A stretch of DNA of 63,484 bases, counting the filler, from Sphacelaria rigidula (lineage: Eukaryota), in assembly GCA_964200075.2 (NCBI GenBank). It is 8 parts of 8 records of this genome, joined end to end, with 100 filler letters (N's around TTAATTAATTAA, not from the genome) between each part and the next. Parts side by side here need not be neighbours in the genome. Positions count along the whole stretch, not along the records: positions 7,949 to 15,796 come from CAXNAA020013248.1; positions 15,897 to 23,744 come from CAXNAA020013249.1; positions 23,845 to 31,692 come from CAXNAA020013250.1; 5 more parts are not named here. One strand, written 5' to 3'. Each line of letters begins with the position of its first letter. The stretch's first letter is position 1. The translations under genes were made by a program, and so were the position numbers. The notes beneath the pieces were generated by a model. That model searched no databases and had not been told where the DNA came from. It saw only the letters and a list, made by a program, of their open reading frames with translations. This document shows, piece after piece, positions 11,301 to 24,484 of the stretch.

Positions 11301-13686
11301 GTACGCGATGCCCCCATGCATGCAGAGAGGACACCCAAAATGTACGGTGCCTTCACGGAAGGGAGAATGTATTGATTCCTCACGACCGCCCGTACAAGCC
11401 TGCACTTTCAAGTTATCATATTTGTTTTCGCAGCCTCCTCTCTGCTCCCCTCCGCGGTCTATTCTCTACCCTTGGTGACTCGTGATGGGCTCGAATAACA
11501 CAAAAAACTCAAACGAGAGGCACTAATCAAAATAGTGACCAAAATTTCCCCCTATCCCCTTAAAAAAAAAGCCGACCATCGTAGGTTACGGAGTATATTT
11601 CTGGGGGCGATAAGGAACTCGAAATCCTCGGTTGTCTCGAGCACGGTGGCGGCCATGCCGCCGAACATGTGTGTCGTCGGGATTATTTCGTCGAGATTGT
11701 TCGGTGGGCGGCACTTTTGTTACAATACGGGGCCGTTTTTTTTTTTTTATCGCAGAGAAATCGTTCGTTTTTTTAATCTCCACGGATGATCCGCTGAGTG
11801 TACCTCACGATATCGGCAGAAGCAAACACGTTCTGCATGTATAGTCATGTCCTGTATTCCTCGAAAAGTACACCTGATTTCGAATCACTCCCTGAATATC
11901 CATGTTTGCGTACTCATGTCACGAAGACCTGGACCTGGACCTGGACAAAGTCGGTGTCAACAGTGAAAGCGGACAGATGACGCCCGCAATGTACTATCAA
12001 ACGGGGGATGAAATAATGTCAACATGTTTTCTCAAAGGAGGGGTATCCCGAGTTCCGTTTGCGTTCGTATTGCCCTCCTTCAGAAAACGTGTATTGGCAT
12101 ATATGCCCCTACTTCGAGTACGACTGCGGAGTAATAGACGGGCGACATTTCGTCCGCGCAGGTGAGTATAACGTTCGTTTTGGGACAAGGACATGAACAT
12201 GAACCTGAACAAGCTGTGAGTGAACTACGTTCATGCATTCGCATGATTGACCTGCATGAAAAGAATCAAAACAATATAGACCACTAGTTATGCACGCGGC
12301 ATGCGCGTGTACATCGTGACGAAGATCTAGACCTGACTCAAAGGAAGCACCGGCGAATACATACGAAATGGGGGTAAACTCTCGGCAATAGCTCGTAGGC
12401 AAAATGAAATCAAAGTCGATCTGCGGGATACCTGCAAATTCGGGTTTCTTTTGTTTCACGTTGTAACCGCGTTGTTGTGTATTTTCTTTTTCAAAGGCGC
12501 CTATTCCCTCTCACTTTGCCATTACACGACTCCCTGCTCAATAATGCCCAACCTTCATAGACACGCACATGTATATATGCTTGTTCCGTTCAGTGACCGT
12601 CAAATATGCGGCAAATACCATTTGTTTGCGGGCCCATCAGCATGAAGTTGATCGTACTGTATGGGCTTGAACATCAAGGAAGCGTGAGTGGCACATGAGT
12701 CGTTCGTTCGTTTGCACGACTGACTGCCACAAAGTTTAAGAGACCAACACAACACGGATTGCATGTGCAAACGTTGCAATCGAGCAAAAACGATTACGCG
12801 CAGACATGCTGAAATGCCCATCACCTTCAGTGACGTTGGGAAGGCGGGGATGGCGATGGTTGGGGTGGAATCCGCTTATCGAGCCCCCTCCCGTGCCTCT
12901 ACGACCCACCGCCGCGGGCGCATGAAGTACCTCTGCCGGCTGGGATGCCGTACTCCAGGGAGACGTCCTTTGTAGCCATGAGGAGAAATACGGTCATTCG
13001 ACATTTCAGGGAAGCAACTGAGAAGAATACGTATTTCGAAATAGACGTTTCGTAATTTTGTCGAGAAAAAAAACAATGCCAGTGCCTTATCGCAGTTTAG
13101 GTACATGTTCGATGAAGAGCGAAGTTGATACCGTGATTTATCCACGATGATACCATGAAGGCAATTAGCTCTGGTACTTTCCGCACTAAAGCTTAGGATA
13201 GTCATGTCACTTATACTGTCAGGAATTCCAGACGATAGCTGGTTCTGGTGCTCGCTCCCCTCTGTTTTCTGCACGTGTTTGCTATTTCTATATCGTTAAA
13301 AACACTGTACACGCCTCACGGCCCATAGCTGAACAAAACGCGCATAAAATGTGCATGAACGACGGAGGGGGGGCGGTGGTGCAATTATTACATAAACACA
13401 CACACACAACAAACCACGTGTGTGTGCTTCAGCTCACCCTACATCGTTCTGGGCGCAGACCCGAAACTGATACGCCACCCCCGGCAATAGGTGCTCCACT
13501 TTCAGCCTCACGCCGTCCGCGCCAGCACCCCCTCCCACCGCGGGAGCCTGCGCCACCCCTACTGCCTGCCACTTTCTCAGCACGTTGCCGCCGGTAGGTC
13601 TTAGCATGACATGGTACCACGCAATCGGCGATCCCTTGCATTTTTGCGTTTTGGTTGCGTGATCCCGTGAACACGCCAGGAATGGG

Positions 13687-13726
<40 letters not shown>

Positions 13727-15493
13727 CGCGCGCGGACGGGCAGGTTAATAGGCAGGAAGGGGGACGGAAGGAGGGATTTGTTGCGGGTATTTGCAGCGTC
13801 GGGGAGGGCGGGGGGCGAGGGGGGAAGCTATCGGCGTGAGAATTTTAGTGAATCGACACCTTGCGGGCCAAGGTTATCGGATCTTTACTGCAGGAATATT
13901 AATTCGTACATCGAAACCACAAGATCATAAAACACGCTCCGTGGTAAACATACTACAGATTCGTCAAATGGACCCCTTCTTCCCTGTTAGAAGGGTACTA
14001 AAAGCGCTTGATTGGGTGTATACATTTAATATCTACGGTCAATTCTTTGGTTCGAACATTGAAAATCAACTCGCATTACGCAAAACGCTCGCATTTTTCA
14101 TCTATGTATGCACGCATGCATACATACATACATACATTAACACAAAAATAAATAAATATACACACATACATACATATTACAAACATACATGCATGCATGC
14201 ATGCATACATACGGCATACAACATACATGCAGACATACATGATACATATACATACACATACATGCATACATGCATACATGCATACATACGTACATACATA
14301 CATGTGGACTCATGATGACTGCTATGTACTTCGCAGCGAGTCATAGGGATAAACGAAGATTTACAGACCAACGCCTTTCTCTCAACAGACCTTTTGGTTC
14401 ACGTCTGTTTGCACAGTTCCTCGACTTTAGCCCTGTACCTTTCAAAACATTCGGCTTGCTGGCGGGCGGGAGTTGAGAAGTCCGGAAAGGGAACAGGAGA
14501 ACAGACATTTTTGTACACCATGTCAGAATTCTGCTTGCTTCTCGTCAGCGTATATCTTGTGCATCAAACACTTTCGGAAACCGTTTCTCGTCTTCTCGTT
14601 GGTGTACGTTTCTTACATCCGTGAAGAACAAAGGGATTTCGCATTTGTATATTTGATGACTTTCTAAGACTTCAGATGTACAATATACAGTGTACTGTAG
14701 TATATAGAATCTGTCCGCGGGAGGGAGGGGGGTAACCACACTCCGCTGACTTCGTAAAAATCTCGCCGGAGCGGTCGGACTTGTGAATCGCATGACCTGT
14801 GGGGATGGAACGAAAACTAAGAAGAATAGTAAATCCTTGAAGAGCTAAAACAAGAACTGTGATAACAACGACGACGACGACGACGACGACGATGAGAGCA
14901 ATACCCACAGCCGTGACTGGGTTTCCACATAGCAGAGCGCCGTAGTTAGTGCTCTGGCGTAATCCAGCCCTGCGTACATCCAGGGCACACGCTCTCGGGA
15001 TTTCCGGCTAAAACAGAAACAGACAAGAAACGAAATCACATCACTGTATGAATGACGCAAACAACAAGCCGGCATGACGATGATCACATCATTTTTCCTT
15101 GAGTACATCTATTCGTAGCGTTTTTCAGATTCGATTCTCTTGGGTACGTCTATCATGAGACACGGCTGGACCACTAGGGGGTCAGTTAACGTGCGACAAT
15201 CAATCAATCAATCAAACATCTACCGTAGTATCTCGGCTGGATTCACAGCGAATCACTTCATGCCCGACAATTCATCAATTCGTCAATCCCTCTTCTTCTT
15301 GTGCTTTCCTCTCGTCCTACTCACCCCATCGTCGTCAGGGGCCCTAAATAGAAGCGTCACCGAATGCACTCCGGGTATTGCTTGTGGAACAACGGGCAAT
15401 GCCCAGGGAGACTTTATGTCGGCTGTTCGCGCAGCCTTCGATAGCGCCGAAAACGGTCCGGATGATTCGCCGTACAGAACCGCTACCGAAAAC
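8349..15493 (-). CDS. Fibronectin type III + PA (protease-associated) domain protein, multi-exon, partial
   Basis: Phase-consistent exons 15493-15325, 13634-13438, 12967-12825, 12431-12365, [unresolved 11.2-12.3 kb], 11157-11106, 10860-10713, 10309-10197, 9538-9516, 8495-8349. FN3 pattern: SVTLLFRAPDDDGGSPIAWYHV...LLPGVAYQFRVCAQNDVGTSPWS. PA pattern: VVVAQPAQADRELDNGRFVRNRIVVVERGNIPIVHKVLNAQRAGALGVIVADN. Confidence 0.8.
11214..11352 (+). repeat. Two-copy tandem repeat, about 77-bp period
   Basis: gaaat..tgtac.cgatgccccca.gcatgcaga...aaatgtacggtgcc at 11214 and 11291. Confidence 0.7.
13686..13727 (+). repeat. (GGCA)n microsatellite
   Basis: Direct reading. Confidence 0.9.
14116..14303 (+). 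repeat. Imperfect (CATA/CATG)n microsatellite
   Basis: Direct reading. Confidence 0.9.
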
Positions 15494-15686
15494 CTTTAGG
15501 CCCCCCGCAAAGAGTCGTTCAACGGAAAGTACGGTAAGGAGGCCGGCGTGAGGGGAAGGGGAAGAGGGCGGGGGGACTGGGGGCGGGGAGAATATTAACA
15601 TATCATTGCGTTATGCTCATAGGCTGAAACGATGTCCGACTCCTGGTCGACTATTGACAACAGCAGAAGTAATTTGCAACGATAGA

Positions 15687-15717
<31 letters not shown>

Positions 15718-16411
15718 GGGCGTACTCTTTTTTTTTTTGCTTTGGTTGTTTGGCCCATTGACCCGCCCCTCCTTTTTGGGGGGGCCCCGCTTTTTTNNNN
15801 NNNNNNNNNNNNNNNNNNNNNNNNNNNNNNNNNNNNNNNNTTAATTAATTAANNNNNNNNNNNNNNNNNNNNNNNNNNNNNNNNNNNNNNNNNNNNCCCT
15901 GCTATTCCTCACCAGACATATTACAAACATAAAGAAAAAATAACAAGAGCGACGCCACGAAAACCGGTAAGAAGTAGCTCCCCCGAGTTCAACGGGGAGA
16001 GAAAAAAAAGGAAGAAAAAACAAACAACAAATGCGATATCTGTCAGAAGTGTACACCGAAAGAAAGGAAGAGAGAAGATACTAAGGGAGAAAAAAGCTGA
16101 TCGCTGGTCCAAGGAGTATCCAAGCAACTTTTGCGCCACTTCACATGTCTGGGCTGCGTGTACCTGGGATGCAACGCTAATAAAAGCCTGGAGATTGATT
16201 CGTCACGAGTCGACTCATTATACTAAAACCAAGTAATTTCCAGATGTAGCGTTGTTTGTCCGACCCTTGAAATATTCGAGAGTAAATGAAGTCGGCGCAC
16301 CATCGTGCAGTGTCTAAACCCTGCACAAAAGCTGACGCTGGTAGAAAATGCAGTAAGCACAGTGTCGAATATTGCGTCCATTGGTGTTCATATGCAGTCA
16401 TGTCAATCCAG

Positions 16412-16618
16412 CTCCTCAGCTACGACATATCGCCATACATGAACACGCATCGAAGAAGCCTGGCCTGTTCTTTTGTTGCTTACGCGCTCACACCCGTGTG
16501 CTACATGGAAGCGTTCCAGCTGTACTTTCACACGGACCCCTCTGTTCAGGTTGTGCGGTACAGACCTACACGCTTACGCGCATTGGCGGCGAGGAGGCTT
16601 AAAAGGAAAACGAAGTAG
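16412..16618 (+). CDS. Possible terminal exon of an uncharacterised gene
   Basis: ccag|CTC acceptor, open frame LLSYDISPYMNTHRRSLACSFVAYALTPVCYMEAFQLYFHTDPSVQVVRY...KRKTK*; no family recognised. Confidence 0.3.
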   Translation, partial: LLSYDISPYMNTHRRSLACSFVAYALTPVCYMEAFQLYFHTDPSVQVVRYRPTRLRALAARRLKRKTK

Positions 16619-17839
16619 TATAAGTGAGACGAACTGTTATAGCGGATGCATGAAAACCCTCATCGTACTCAGTACAGAACATTTACTGTATGAAGTACGC
16701 AAGACGACAGCTCGATATACTTCGGGTATAGCTGGAGCAGTAGTCACAAAAATAAAATGCCGTTGTTTTTGCGATACTCGTTAGGGATGCAAGTCTTTGT
16801 CGTGCAAACGGGCATCACTTGATAGTAAAATATAATAAACAAAATCGCACGGTCGCATCATCATAAATCGCAGGATACGAACGCAAGGAGGCCAAAAGCT
16901 CACATGGAAACAGCACAAAATACACAACAAAAGTCGAGAAAACATACAATGTCAAACGTCGATAGCGGTCCGACATCACACTGCCGCCGTTCGCTACTGA
17001 TCAACACTTCACAAAAACCTCCCCCTAGCGTCTCTACCTCCAAGACGGGAAAAAGGTAAGTAAAAGAGGGTTACTCGCAAACAAAATACACTCGTCCACA
17101 ACTCGCCACAAGCGTTCTGTCCCTTCTCAGCAAAACAGATACACCGAATCAACCACGCACGCAACACAACCCTACAACACTCGTTCGCCAGCACGTGCCG
17201 TGTTCGCGGTACGCCTCACCACTGGGAAATCATTCCTCTGAGACATCTTCCCCTCATCAGAAAAAAACGTACCAAGAAGAAGCTCGTGGTCAGCAAAACG
17301 ACCGAACCATGGCAACGCATGATGCCCTTCAGCGGCAAACCTCGCCAAGGCCAGTCACCGTGTGCAGGCACGCCCATCTCCCAGCGATCGTGCTGCACGT
17401 TAACCAAAAACAATCAAACAATCCATGCACTAACGGTCGCGCGACCGTCTTTTAACCACCAAAAAACACTCAAGAATGCCTGTCGGAATGTACACACATA
17501 ACTGAAATGACTTTTAACTACGTCTCATCGCCCCTCCGACCTCCCCCCCCACCGCCCTGCCCTAAGACCTGCTGCTGATCCTTTCCCTTCGATGATCTTG
17601 GCAACAACAACAAAAAAAAGTACTTGCCGACCCTGCTCCCAACCGTCCTTCTTTGCGCGTGTGCCCAAGCTGATACATTTCGCTACGATGTCACAAAAAT
17701 CATCAAACCATCCACGAACCGAGACCCATCATCAAAATTTTGGAGATGTAGCTCAACGAGAGATTCACCTTCGTGACAAAAAAAAAAAACGTGCCCTCCA
17801 GTTAAACAGGTCAGTCAGGGTTTGCCTGTCATCACCAGA

Positions 17840-20800
17840 TCAGTCTTCGTCCTCTTCCTCTTCTACGGACTCCAGCCACACGAACCATGGTGTGGTCTGC
17901 GTGACAGCCTTCATTCGCCCCGGCGCGGGATTGTCCACATCATCCTGTTAATCGGCAAGAAAAAACGAAATCGAGGCGCGGTGGTTCAGATTTCCAACAC
18001 TACAGTCCGAGTCTGTATGGAGCTTGGTCCTTAGCGCCTTATGACAGATGTAACCGAAAAACATTGTCGAAGAAAAAACAAGTTGAGCAAACGCCTACGC
18101 GGAATAATATCCCGGCCACCAATACGTGGGTACTGGGCGTATGTATAGGTGTGCGCGTATGAGGGCTTGAGCGCCCTGATCGTTAGCTTTTCTTGGTGCA
18201 AATACACCACGCAACCTGGCTTCATACACGATTCCAGGGGCGATAGTTGATGAAAGTATTGCAACAGACTACCCCAGATGCTGTGTATATCCACGGGTTG
18301 AATGGCATTATCAACACATGAGGAGGAAGGTGGCACGTGTGAAGGCAGACGTGATACAGCGCACGCAGGCGCCACACACACTTCTACAAACATGATTTCC
18401 TCGTGTCCGTTGCTCTTTTCCTTCATCGGCTAGTCCCAACCAGTACGCACCGCAACGAAAAACGCGCCGCGAAAATCAGCGGAAGATCGGTTCCTTACCT
18501 TCCACTCCAAGAATGCCTCCTCCTCGCACATGTCCGAGTTGTACATTGCCATGAAAATCGTCTGCACGATAGCCTGCCCCCCGACCTTGGGGAATCCCAT
18601 CTCGTGGCACTTGGCGACCACGGCATAGATGATGCTTATTTGCTGTGCCGTGTTTTCCGCAGACAGCGCGGTCAGCGCCGCTCCAATTTCATCTTCCTCC
18701 GCCCATTTCATATCTTGAGGAGTGTCGTTACCCTTCAAAGCAGCTGCGAGCAGGGCACCCGCCGTCGTCTTCTTCTCCTGCGCCAACACATAGTCTTTCA
18801 ACTCTTTCCCGCGCTTACAGGTGGCCATGGCATCGGCAGCCGAGGCACGCGCGACCTCCTCGGGGTCTTCCTTCGGCTCGGGCTCAGGTTCGGGTTCAGG
18901 TTCAGCCTCAACTTCTGGTTCTGGTTCTGGCTCGGGAGCGGCAGCAGCGGCGGCCTTCACCCCCGTTGCCGCAGGCGCACTCTTTTTGGGCGATATGGAC
19001 ATCTTCGAGAGAGAAGGAAGCGAACTTGAGACGTTCGGCGCTGGGCGGTCACCGGGAGACGAGGTGTCAGACCGCCGCTGGTAGCCTTCACTGCGTTCGT
19101 CTCTGCTAAATCTCGAGTTTCCCCCCATGCTTCCTCCGCCGCCGCCGCCCATGCGGCCTTCGTCCCGACGCTCATAAGCCCCGCCACCCATGCGACCTTC
19201 GTCACGACGATCGTATCCCCCACCACCCATGCGGCCTTCGTCTCGACGTTCGTAACCCCCGCCGCCCATACCGCCACGGCGGTCATCATCTCGACGGTCG
19301 AAGCCGCCACCCATGCCCATACCTCCGCGCCGGTCGTCGTCTCTACGTGGAAAAGCTCCCACGCCACCCCCCCCACCGCCATCGACGGGGCGAGGGTATG
19401 AGCGCTCACTTTCACGGTCAAAGTTGGACCCGAAACGCTTGGCGAATGCATTTCCCGCTGGCGGGGCGGGAGGTTGGACGGGCTCGCGGTCCATACGGCT
19501 GCCGAACCCCCCGGCGCCGCCACGTCCCTCTTCCCGGCGTCCGTAAGGACCCCTGTCATCCCTGCCGCGACCCTCAAATCCTCCACTGCCGCTACCCCTG
19601 CGACCGTCATCTTCACGATCTCTGCGGGGGAAAGACCCACCAGACAGACCAGCTCTGTCATCCCCGCCTCCTTCCCTTCGGAGTGCCGCCCATCGCCCCA
19701 CTGGCTTGGCCGGTGGTGCTGCGGGCTCCTCACCACCTACTGTCTGTTCTCTCCCATCCTCGTTAGCCGTAGTGGCCGCTGCCTTCTCGGCATCCGCCGG
19801 GTCATCGTTATCAGCAGCGGCAGCGTTTTCGTCTGCAGCAGTGGCGGTTGAGTTATCCTCGTTATTACCATCCTCGCCTGTGTCGTCCGTCTGGCCCGCC
19901 GGAGACGCCGCGGAAGACCGGATGCTTTCGTCCCTGCGGCGCAAAGCCGCCTGCCTCGCCGCCTCGGCCTTCGCCTCTATCTCTTTATCCCGCTGGGTGG
20001 TGTCGACTGCCTGCGCGGCTCCAAATGGATTAGAACGAGGACCAGATGGCTTAGCGGCAGGCGCCGGCGGCGCAGTGGTCTCCTTGGCTGCAACGGGCGG
20101 CATCGGCGGGGGAGCGGTGCGGCTGGCCAGCTTCAGGCGCGGTCGCTCGGCCGACGAGGCCGGGGGAGCGCCGTAAGGGTCGTTGTAGCCGCTCTCCCTG
20201 TCTCTGCCGCCGCTGCCGCGTCGATCATCATCGTAGCCGCCTCCACCTCGGTAACCACCGCCGTCGCGGTCAAATCCGCCGCCGCCGCCGCCGCCGCCTG
20301 CACGCGGGGGAGGAGCACGACTGCGCCACGTACCATCTTCCGGCGCCATGGTATTGCGCTGAGGCTCACGGTCAAACCCACCGCCACCGCCACCGCCACC
20401 GCCACCGCCACCGCCACCGGGACCAGTGCGTCTCCAGCTGTCACTTCCCTCCGCGCGAGCGCCTGGGCCATCATAGTCGTCGTCGTAGCGTCTTCCTGGG
20501 CGACCGCGGTCGTCTGGACTGTGATACCGCGGAAACAAGGAGTGATGCGGAAAACATGAGAGGACGGTGGTGGTTGAGAGCGTGCTACACTTTTTTTGTA
20601 CATCCTGCAAAACTTGATCAGGCCGTTTTATACCACAGCTTTCAGCGTGGTATCGAGTACAAGTACTGCCGACGTATGCACAGGTTAATTCCCGGGTTGA
20701 AGACTTACTACTGGCCGCGTGCTCCGACACTTCGAAAATCGTGAACAGGTCGAAATAACCAAAAACCACGTTCGTTCGACCGCGTGTGCACACACCACAT

Positions 20801-21425
20801 CGCTGTACTGCGCTGTACTGGGATGTAGATATATATAAAGCAGATATCTTGCGAATGCAGAATAAACTGACAGATGGGCGTGAGCAGCACAGCCTCAGAT
20901 TACTTGCATTTCAAAGTTGATATGTGCGCAATGACCACCTTTGCGGGAAAACGGACGGTGTTGCGCAACAGAAGTGTTCCAGCGTGTAGCTGAAGCGTTC
21001 CAGCATGTAGCTGAGGCATGTGTGCAGCACACACCACGAAGTACACATGGCATGACAAGCGCATGTGACACATCATGTATGCCTAGTTCAGCTGGGAGAT
21101 GGGTCCAAGCGCGAGATTTGAAGGTAGCACACCGCCGGTTCGAACCGCGGTGGACCAGCCATCTAGAGGTCCAAATATCACCCGGTATTTTCTCTGGAGA
21201 GGATGGACGCCTTTTATGGGACACAAATCAGCTACCCATTGATCAGCAACGAAGGATAGTACAGACGCAGAGTTTTCGGAAACAGTACTTAGTGACTCAC
21301 TCTCTGTTGGGGTCGGGACCAGACGGTAGAATTCTGCCCTTGACGGGCTGAGAGGCCGCGGCGGCTTGTGCGCCGAGAAAGTCTCCCAGACCCATCTTGA
21401 CTTTGCCTTGCTTTTTGTTCGCCAT
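17840..21425 (-). CDS. eIF4B-like, RGG-rich protein with C-terminal W2 (eIF5C-type) domain, complete, 749 aa
   Basis: Exons 21425-21301, 20518-18499 and 17944-17840 (125+2020+105=2250 nt), GT-AG and phase-consistent. eIF4B-like motifs KKQGKVKMGLGDFL, ERPRLKLASR and RSNPFGAAQAVDTTQRDKEIE; GGYERRDEGRMGG repeats; W2 acidic/aromatic boxes MYNSDMCEEEAFLEWK and PWFVWLESVEEEEDED*. Confidence 0.85.
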
Positions 21426-21817
21426 GATGCTGCCGGGGGGAGTATTCTTCTCACTCGGCTAGGTTTGGCTAGCCAAGAGAGAAGAGTACAGGGGGAAAAA
21501 AGGTGAAGAAAAGTAGCACTGCTGACGCGTGCTACGAGAAGCCTTGCCGTACAGAAGCACAGTCAGGTACGTTGCAGGGCAATTTCGGGAAATGAACCTG
21601 CACACCCGCCACGAGCTAGACAAGGACCACGTTATGAGGTCATTTTCCAAATCCTCGACGTGGAAAATGACTCTAAATTTGTAAATCTATTCAAAGTGCC
21701 GGGTTCCCTCAGACCTCCCTTCCAAGAACAAGCGCTATTGCGTGTGAGCCCTCTGACCCGTCATCACAGCGTCACACACGCACACACCTGTACGCACACC
21801 ACAATAACCTCGCCAGC
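21426..21817. promoter_or_regulatory. Probable bidirectional promoter region
   Basis: 392 bp between divergent ATGs at 21425(-) and 21818(+); no specific motif assigned. Confidence 0.5.
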
Positions 21818-22330
21818 ATGGAGGAGGAGAAAAAACAAAGGACAACGGTGGCGTCCACGCTGGCGGACCCCCAGTTCAAGGCCGGCCGCAAGCTGATCGA
21901 CTCCAACCGGCTAGACGAGGCTGTCGACTTCTTCAGCGGCCTGCTCGAAACGCGGGTCCAAGTGCTCGGCGACGAGCTCAGCCCCGCGCTGGCACCCCTT
22001 TACTATGAATATGGAAACGCACTTCTCTACAGTGCTGAGGAATCAGACGTCATGTTCGGTGATGCCATCACTGATGCTGAGAAAAACAAAGCCATGGCCC
22101 TGCTCGAGGCTCAGGCAGCGGAAAAACTGGCGCAGAAATTGCAGGAACTGGGTGGGGCCGACGCGGGCGCGGGCGCTCCCGCTGGCCAGGCGGGCGAAGG
22201 CGGTGATGCCTCTGCCGGAGGGGGAGGGGCGGAGGAGGATCTGGAAATCGCATGGGAAAATCTTGAGATGGCCCGCCGGATCTACGAGAAGCTTGAGGTC
22301 ACGGACGAGATCCGGTCACTCCTTGGCAAG
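21818..22330 (+). CDS. NASP: NASP/Sim3-like SHNi-TPR histone chaperone, first exon (3'-partial)
   Basis: LAPLYYEYGNALL...acidic/Gly insert...EEDLEIAWENLEMARRIYEK is the SHNi-TPR signature. Probable donor AAG|gtgtac at 22330; the ORF continuation to 22981 is intron read-through. Confidence 0.85.
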
Positions 22331-24484
22331 GTGTACAGAGTCGTTAATTTTTCAAACAGAGCAAAGTTGGAGGATTACAACTGGGGAAACGGCGGGTTGA
22401 GAGAGAAACGTCTGAGTTTGTCCCCTCGAGGTAGATCGGTGTCTGATTGTCGGAATGCTATGGCCAGGGGAGTAGGAGGATATTGTGTGTATATGGTGTG
22501 CTGTTCAAGAGCAAATGCTGATTTTCAAAGTGCTGGACCTCGTGTGCCATGTTTAGATTTTGAAAATTTCCCCCCTTCATCTCTGGTATATTTTTCATCA
22601 CACAGTTGGCGAGCAGGCGTTTGCTCAAAACCATTTTTTGAATTTAAAAAAAGTCCGCTCACAGCACTTCGTGGTCACGATGCCAAGACGCCCACGCGAA
22701 TATCCGCCATGCGTAATCAAGTGCCGAGAGTTTACTGCACTGTACTATCCGGCGATGTTGTATATAATGAGGCTACTCGTGTCAGGTTTCTCGGGTACCA
22801 TAGCCCGCGAAAGTTTCAAAATATGTCCTCAACAGCGCGTGGGGCGGGGGTATGTCACTGTTTTCCTGCAAAGGGGGGAGTTATTGCACACATATCCTTC
22901 ACACCCTGGACAAAAGAATACACAATCAAAAGGTGTACTGCCTACAGTATCGACTACTGCGCCTATTGCAGTAGACAATAAATTCCATACTGTACGCAGT
23001 ACATTTTTTTACATGGGAATATTTTGTCCAGGGTGTGAAATTCTTGTGTCACCATAGCGCCCGAATCATTTGTCAGGAGAATTCCTCCAGGTCTCCTGAA
23101 CAAAATTCAACTTATTTCTGCCGACCATAGCGCACGAATGAGCAATGGATGTACCTTCGAAAGTACCAACGCCAGATTTCGGTATTTTCAGAAGCCCTAA
23201 AGTCATTCTCCACGCGGCCCTTCCGAGACGCAACCGTATGTACAAGGGGCCTTACAGACTGGAAAACGGTTTATACCCCCTTCCCCTCAGGGGTGGTCGA
23301 GAATGAGGAAAATAGAAAAATGGTGTCCACAAACCGGTTTCTCCTTGTTTCTTCACCAGAACACGGAATTGAACGGTACCTTTACCACCACGATGCTGGC
23401 CTTAACCCGAGCAGCCCAAAACCGAGGAGTTTGGGCATATCAGTTGCTCTAGCGGCTGCACTGAAGAGAACTTGGCCGTTGGATATGATGACTCTCATTC
23501 AAGGTGACTGCTGGAAATGACTTTGGGGTAGGTGTTACTGTAGCGCGGCCGCAATGCTGAAGAGGGCTGCGGACTCAAGACGTGAACCCCAGGGCGTTCT
23601 GTTTTTCGATCAAGGAAAGTGTACCACGAGTGGTACGTGTTGCTGAGTGACACCAGTACTGTGACTTGACTGTATAATTCCAACCAGCAAAAAAATGTTC
23701 TGACAGTACTCCCATGGTGTCAACCAGTTGTAGATGGTTCAAGGNNNNNNNNNNNNNNNNNNNNNNNNNNNNNNNNNNNNNNNNNNNNTTAATTAATTAA
23801 NNNNNNNNNNNNNNNNNNNNNNNNNNNNNNNNNNNNNNNNNNNNATCGGACATCGTTAAGGGCTCGTACAAACATAACGATACAGACTTATGGGACGGAG
23901 GAAGTACAGTATCATCATACGATCCTTCGAAACTCCCCTCTTTGCGCACCCTTTCCCCTGGAGAACATCCCTCTTCTTTCAATTGAAACGGGCGGCAGAA
24001 ACAACGTCGTAAATTAGGTTTGTCGGAGCGTCGTTCAGGTCGACGTCTATTCTGACCCCTTTAGATGCGGAGTGTCCACGTTCGGATACACGGGTTAAGT
24101 TGGCGTCCCTTATATTACCCACCCGTGTGATGCCGCGATAGCCCCCACCCCCTGAAAACTAGGTGGTTTTAGGAGGCAAAGTCTAATGCGAATCAAAATT
24201 ACAAAAGCCGAGCACACCGAGCAGCTGAAAACACCGTCGTTTGGGATCGTGTTAGCCGTTGTCATCCATGTGAGGCGCTTCATGCGGCCTGAAACCAGCC
24301 ATCATGCGCTTTATGGACAGTTTCTTGGTGGCAGTTTTGGGACAGGTTCGGGGCAGGGGGGGGGCGGGGGCGGTAGTGCGCTACCTCGGCATCACTCACT
24401 CGTTGACTGAAAATAAAGATCCAGTGATCATCTTGTTTGCTTGTTCGCCGTCTCATGAAGTTGGATCGAAGAAGCAAACCCATC

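Noticed and set aside
18403-20176. Overlapping plus-strand and alternative-frame ORFs
   Set aside because: Shadow ORFs of the GC-rich eIF4B-like exon.
22331-22981. C-terminal half of the 387-aa ORF
   Set aside because: It loses NASP similarity after the splice donor; intron read-through.
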